Assembly: GCA_019415925.1 (NCBI GenBank)
Contig: DXYG01000003.1
Coordinates: forward strand, 1,666 to 65,665
Reading direction: 5' to 3'
Source: Clostridiales bacterium
GTDB lineage: Bacteria; Bacillota; Clostridia; Oscillospirales; Acutalibacteraceae
DNA length: 64,000 bases
Shown here: positions 59,325 through 64,000 of the stretch, piece after piece
Position numbering within the stretch: position 1 is the first letter of the stretch
Layout: every line of letters starts with the position of its first letter
The notes under the pieces: generated by a model
Told to the model about the DNA's origin: nothing
The model's database searches: none
What the model saw: the letters and a program-made list of their open reading frames with translations, nothing else
Translations under genes and position numbers: made by a program

Positions 59325-60443
59325 GTGAAAAAATTTATAATTATAACAATAACCGCTTTGGTATTCATCTGCCTGTCGGTTTTCCCTGCATCAGCTGAGG
59401 AAAATTCAATGCTGTACGACCTTTCGGGAGTGTATGAAAGTCTGTCGGATGATGCAAAGCAGAGCCTTGAAAACATCGGCGCAGCCAGCGCAGACCCGAA
59501 CAGATTGTCAGAGATTACGTTTTCATCAATAGTTGGTGAAATAGCAAATATGGCGTCAGAAAATATTTCTTCACCGCTGAAAGGACTTATAAACATTTCA
59601 GCACTTTTACTGCTCTGTTCAATCCTCACCGCCTACAAAGGCTCGCTCTCAAATGACATTTCAAATACAATCAATATTGTATCAACGCTCTGCATAACCT
59701 GTGCAATTGTAATGCCTGCGATAAACGTAATCAAAAGCACAGCAGGCGTTATTGAAACTGCGTCAAACATTATGCTTGCCTATCTGCCTGTTATGCTCAC
59801 AATTATGGTGTCGTCGGGACGAGCCGTAAGCGGCGCAAGCTACTACTCGATGATGCTTGCGGCAGGCGAGGGAGTGGGACAGCTTTCTTCAAAAATTATC
59901 GTTCCGCTTCTCAATATGTTTCTCGGAATCAGCGTGACTTCAAGCGTATCCCCCGACATAAATCTGTCGGGCTTTGTAAACCTGATTTCAAAGACAATCA
60001 AATGGCTCTTGAGCTTTACAATGATGATTTTTTCTGCACTTCTGTCGTTTAAGCAGATTATCACAACCTCGCTTGACGACGTAACCTCACGGGCGGTAAG
60101 ATTTTCGCTTAACTCGTTTATCCCGATTGTCGGCTCTGCTTTGTCGGACGCATACAAGACCGTTCAGGGAAGTATAACTCTGCTGAAATCGGGAGTAGGG
60201 GTATTTGTTATAATTTCAATCGCAGTAGTGTTTCTGCCCGTGATTTTGCAGAGCCTTATGTGGATAGTAACGCTCTGGCTGGGAAGGTCCACTGCCGAGG
60301 TGCTCAATCTTCCTCAGTGTGCAAAGCTCCTTGAAAGCGTAGCAACTGTTTTTTCAACACTGCTTGCAATTATCCTCTGCATTATGGCTGTTTACATAAT
60401 CTCGACGGCAATAATTCTGATAACGGGCGGTGGTGCAGGATGA
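59325..60443 (+). CDS. spoIIIAE: stage III sporulation protein AE
   Basis: Multi-TM; FIPIVGSALSDA...LLKSGVG. Confidence 0.9.
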   Translation: MKKFIIITITALVFICLSVFPASAEENSMLYDLSGVYESLSDDAKQSLENIGAASADPNRLSEITFSSIVGEIANMASENISSPLKGLINISALLLLCSILTAYKGSLSNDISNTINIVSTLCITCAIVMPAINVIKSTAGVIETASNIMLAYLPVMLTIMVSSGRAVSGASYYSMMLAAGEGVGQLSSKIIVPLLNMFLGISVTSSVSPDINLSGFVNLISKTIKWLLSFTMMIFSALLSFKQIITTSLDDVTSRAVRFSLNSFIPIVGSALSDAYKTVQGSITLLKSGVGVFVIISIAVVFLPVILQSLMWIVTLWLGRSTAEVLNLPQCAKLLESVATVFSTLLAIILCIMAVYIISTAIILITGGGAG

Positions 60444-60913
60444 ATGAATTACTCGCCGTTACCTCGGCAATCTGTGCTTCTGCTCTGATTTGTACGCTTG
60501 TTTCAAATTTTGTCACCGACGGCAGTACAAAGAAGATTGTCAGCCTTGTTCTCGGTGCATTTATAATCTGCTCAATGATTGTGCCGATAAAGAACGCAGT
60601 AAACGGCTTCAGCGAAGAAATTGCAGAAACGGATATTTCCGACTCGGCTGTTTCAACCGACGATGAAGCCTACAGCAGGGAAATTTTAAAGCAGACAAGA
60701 AGTAACCTTGAATCAGCACTTAAAGATTTGCTTTTGCAAAACGGAGTTGAAATCAACTCCTGCGAAATAATTTTAGCCCAAACTTATGATAATAGCATAA
60801 TCATCTCGTCAGTGCGCATATATATAAGCAAAGAGTACACGCAGTACACCGATTTGATAAGTGAAGTAACTTTTCAGAATTTTTCGGTACAGCCGAATAT
60901 AATAACGGAGTGA
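60440..60913 (+). CDS. spoIIIAF: stage III sporulation protein AF
   Basis: Two N-terminal TM segments; operon order. Confidence 0.8.
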   Translation: MNELLAVTSAICASALICTLVSNFVTDGSTKKIVSLVLGAFIICSMIVPIKNAVNGFSEEIAETDISDSAVSTDDEAYSREILKQTRSNLESALKDLLLQNGVEINSCEIILAQTYDNSIIISSVRIYISKEYTQYTDLISEVTFQNFSVQPNIITE

Positions 60914-60916
60914 AAA

Positions 60917-61369
60917 ATGGACGAAAGCAAAACAGTCGGACGGGTAAAAAAGCTGTTTGACAGTGACAAAATGCGAAGGATAATTATTATCGCAGGAATA
61001 GCGGGAATTGCGCTTATTTTCCTTTCAAACTACATAGATATAGGAAATTCGACAGATAAAAAAGCAGAGGAGGAATTTTCGGTAACAACATACAGTACGC
61101 AGATTGAAAATGACCTTCAATCTGTAATTTCACACATTGAAGGCGCAGGAAAAACAGAGGTGCTGCTGACAATGGAAAACAGCGTTGAGTATGTTTACCT
61201 TGACGACAGCACAACAAAGACAAAGGAAATCGAGCCGATTATTCGAGGAGTGCTCGTTGTTTGTGAAGGCGGTGACTCGCCTGTCGTAGTTGAGCGGATA
61301 ACCGAGGCGGTTACAAAATCGCTTGACATATCGGCGGCAAAAGTATGTATTACAAAATTATCAGAATAA
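60917..61369 (+). CDS. spoIIIAG: stage III sporulation protein AG
   Basis: ISHIEGAGKTEVLLT, PIIRGVLVVCEGG. Confidence 0.9.
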   Translation: MDESKTVGRVKKLFDSDKMRRIIIIAGIAGIALIFLSNYIDIGNSTDKKAEEEFSVTTYSTQIENDLQSVISHIEGAGKTEVLLTMENSVEYVYLDDSTTKTKEIEPIIRGVLVVCEGGDSPVVVERITEAVTKSLDISAAKVCITKLSE

Positions 61370-61383
61370 AGGTCGGTAGTATT

Positions 61384-61929
61384 ATGAAATTTCAGAAAAA
61401 ATATATTGTTCTTGCAACGCTTGTGCTGGCACTAGGAACGGCAGTTTACGTAAACTGGCAGTTTGCAGGAGCAAAAGCAAACACAAGTTCAAAGGAGCTT
61501 GGTGCGGCGTCATATGTAAGCGCAACGGTGTCGGATTCAACTTCCGACGAAGCGGTGCAGACCTCGGCTTTGTCAAAGGAGCAGAAAAACTATTTTGCAA
61601 CCGAGCGCACAAAGCGTCAGGCAACGCAGGATAAGGTGATTGACGAGGCAAAGGAAACGCTTAACCTTGAAAACGTAAGCGAAAGCGAAATGACCGAGGC
61701 TCAGAAAAGCGTTGAAAAGCTGCTTAAAACCTACACCATTCAGGACAGCATTGAGAGCATAATCAAAGCAAAGGGCTTTTCGGAATGTCTTTGCTACATA
61801 AGCGACGAGGGAGTGACGGTTATTGTGCCCGATTCCGAGCTTAACGACACATCTGCGCTTGTAATTGACGATGCAGTAACCTCTCATTACGACGTAAGCT
61901 ATGAGGATATTTCAATAGTCGGAGCATAA
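61384..61929 (+). CDS. spoIIIAH: stage III sporulation protein AH
   Basis: AVYVNW, YFATER, ESIIKAKGFSECL. Confidence 0.9.
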   Translation: MKFQKKYIVLATLVLALGTAVYVNWQFAGAKANTSSKELGAASYVSATVSDSTSDEAVQTSALSKEQKNYFATERTKRQATQDKVIDEAKETLNLENVSESEMTEAQKSVEKLLKTYTIQDSIESIIKAKGFSECLCYISDEGVTVIVPDSELNDTSALVIDDAVTSHYDVSYEDISIVGA

Positions 61930-61944
61930 AATTATTTAAAAAGC

Positions 61945-61986
61945 AACAGGCAGCTTCAAAGCGTTTGACTTTGAAGCTGCCTGTTT
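61945..61986. terminator. bidirectional terminator
   Basis: AACAGGCAGCTTCAAAG...CTTTGAAGCTGCCTGTT. Confidence 0.85.
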
Positions 61987-62013
61987 GGAGTTTTTCTTAA
62001 AATGAAATTTAAG

Positions 62014-63999
62014 TTATTTTAATGTTACTTTATAACCGGCAAGGTATTTCTGGAGGAGAGTTGCGTCAAGAATTGAAACTCTGCCGTCACCGTTGAGGTC
62101 GCATTTATCGTTTGACTCTACCATTCCGAGGCCTGCTTTCTGAATATAAGTTACGTCTTCAATGTTAACTTCGGTATCGCCGTTTGCGTCACCTGCTTTA
62201 TTGTAAATTGAGGTGTAGCCGTCACGATAGAGAACAGCAAGCTCATCATACATTTTTGAGTAAAGTCTTGCCTGGAAGTTTGTAAGTCTGAAACCGCAGC
62301 CGCTTAAGTTCATTTTTGCAATTTCAAGTCCTTCGGGGCTTGTACCTCTTTCGTCAAAGCCCTCAGAGGCCGAGCCTGTTCCGTTGAGGTCAATTGCATA
62401 TCCCGTTTCAGGATTGAAAGAAGATAAACCGCTTTCATCGTGATACTTTGTGATAATCAGGCTTGTAGAAGCGAACACGCCGCCTGACCATACCCTTGTT
62501 GATTCGTTATACGTACCGTCAGGACCAAGCACATTGCAGGTTATTGCAGCCAGACCGTCACGGTCGGTATAAGAGCCGATTCTTGTTTCTCTGTACCACG
62601 GATTACCTGTTGTTGCAGTCGGGTGAATGAGTATTGTACAGCCCATTGCGGCATAGTAGCGTGCAATTTCAGGATAGAAGTGACCGTCACGGCAAACATC
62701 AACGCCGATTTTTCCCCACTGCGTATCAAACATATACGGTGTATCGCCGCATATTGACCATTTTGATTCATAGCCTGCACGGTGCATCTTTTGATAAGAC
62801 TCGATTTTTCCGTCGGGAAATAGGATAGCGGCAGAGTTGTAAACCTTTATTTTCGAGCTGTCAGTCTTATCGTAAATAGGCTCGTCCTCTTTTTCGGTAA
62901 TACCGAAAATAATGTACATTCCGTACTGCTGAGCATATTCCGAAAAATAATTTGTAGTAGGTCCGGGTATGGTTTCTGCAAGTGCAATCTGCATTGCAAC
63001 GCCAGATTCTTTGTAGTAAGGGTCATTGCTTGTGCTTTTCCATTCATAACCCGTAAGAACAGTTTCAGGGAATACAAGAATGTCAACGCCTTTTTCGCCT
63101 GCTTCAATAATATATTCTTCCATAGCGTCAATGTTAGCCTGCTTGTCACCCCATACAGCCGTCATATTTACTACCGCCGCAACCGGACCGTCGGTAACAT
63201 CGCTGTTGTATGTAAGCTTATTGCCGTTGTTCTGTCTGTCAGCCAGCTCGTCATACCACTTTGCGTAATTTTCGGGACTGAAATCACTGTTTGAGCAAGC
63301 CGTTCCGGTGGTTGCTTTGAGCGACGCTTTGTTTGTAAGCAACCCTTCTTCTCCCGTAATAATGTCGGCATTTGTATTTGAAGTAACATTTTTGTCAGTT
63401 GTGCCTGCATAATATTTTGCGTCAGCATGTAAAATTACCGAGCCACCGGGAAAGTTATAAGGCTGATTTCCATCGGTGTCAGCAGGACCGTCAGAGCCGA
63501 CAAGATTTGCACTTAAAAGTGTGTAGCCGTCACGGCTTGTATTGCTTTCTATTCTGTTTTTGTAGTACCATTCCCAAGCCTTGTCCTCTTTAATTCCGTC
63601 GCCGTCAGTGTCAATATAATTTTTTGAAGAAGCGGACAGGTTAAGAAGAATGTTACAGCCTTTAGCTGAATAGTATCTGGCTATTTCAGGCATATCGTAT
63701 GTGTCGTTACTTATGCTTATACCGATATATCCGTAATTCTGCGCCTTTATCAGTACCGGGGTTTCACCCGACTTGCACCACGAACCCTCATCGGGACTGA
63801 TTTTCTGATAAGTAGTAACTTCACCCTCAGGCGAGCAGATGAATGCAGAATTGTAAGCGTGTTCGCTGTCACCCTCGATTGTTTCCGTTGCTCCGTATAC
63901 AATCCACATATCATATGCGTCTGCAACTTCTGCAAATTTTGTTGCTGTAGCGCCGTCTGACGACTCGGCAAGGCTGATTGCCGTCTGATATTCAATTGA
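62014..63999 (-). CDS. tandem carbon-nitrogen hydrolase (nitrilase-fold) protein with C-terminal dockerin; 5' end outside window
   Basis: Domain 2 LVFPE, YQKMH, VDVCRD; domain 1 YNSA..YQK..ISISND; dockerin GDANGDTEVNIEDVTYIQ...DLNGDGRVSILDATLLQKYLAG; frame open to the window edge. Confidence 0.85.
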   Translation of the reverse strand, partial: SIEYQTAISLAESSDGATATKFAEVADAYDMWIVYGATETIEGDSEHAYNSAFICSPEGEVTTYQKISPDEGSWCKSGETPVLIKAQNYGYIGISISNDTYDMPEIARYYSAKGCNILLNLSASSKNYIDTDGDGIKEDKAWEWYYKNRIESNTSRDGYTLLSANLVGSDGPADTDGNQPYNFPGGSVILHADAKYYAGTTDKNVTSNTNADIITGEEGLLTNKASLKATTGTACSNSDFSPENYAKWYDELADRQNNGNKLTYNSDVTDGPVAAVVNMTAVWGDKQANIDAMEEYIIEAGEKGVDILVFPETVLTGYEWKSTSNDPYYKESGVAMQIALAETIPGPTTNYFSEYAQQYGMYIIFGITEKEDEPIYDKTDSSKIKVYNSAAILFPDGKIESYQKMHRAGYESKWSICGDTPYMFDTQWGKIGVDVCRDGHFYPEIARYYAAMGCTILIHPTATTGNPWYRETRIGSYTDRDGLAAITCNVLGPDGTYNESTRVWSGGVFASTSLIITKYHDESGLSSFNPETGYAIDLNGTGSASEGFDERGTSPEGLEIAKMNLSGCGFRLTNFQARLYSKMYDELAVLYRDGYTSIYNKAGDANGDTEVNIEDVTYIQKAGLGMVESNDKCDLNGDGRVSILDATLLQKYLAGYKVTLK

Positions 64000-64000
64000 C

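Overview
Chromosomal window from a spore-forming, starch-oriented gut Clostridia member. Three dockerin proteins, a CBM26-like remnant, glgX and spoIIIA suggest a Ruminococcus bromii-like organism (inference). Core content: end of an electron-bifurcating [FeFe]-hydrogenase operon, nrdDG, an EF-G paralogue, ilvD, glgX, nadBC, hflX, a complete A/V-type ATPase operon, galU, prfB, apgM and spoIIIAA-AH. Region ~3.4-10.8 kb is a decayed accessory zone. It holds a truncated group IIC intron just after a terminator and fused to a starch-binding pseudogene; a prophage head-module remnant (MuF with an ADP-ribosyltransferase-like C-terminus, a putative immunity ORF and a scaffold); an IS256 fragment; and a WYL regulator divergent from an orphan gene. 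The least explained signals are: (i) non-coding elements at 16.7, 20.8-21.2 and 31.8-32.2 kb, bounded by inverted TAAACnATAATTT(A)GTCG ends and carrying variable GTAG-type REP hairpins; (ii) a ~100-bp duplicate of an ECF sigma promoter/5' end in front of a CotH-dockerin gene; (iii) an XRE-lipoprotein islet flanked by a duplicated terminator. All calls come from reading the sequence; no searches were run.
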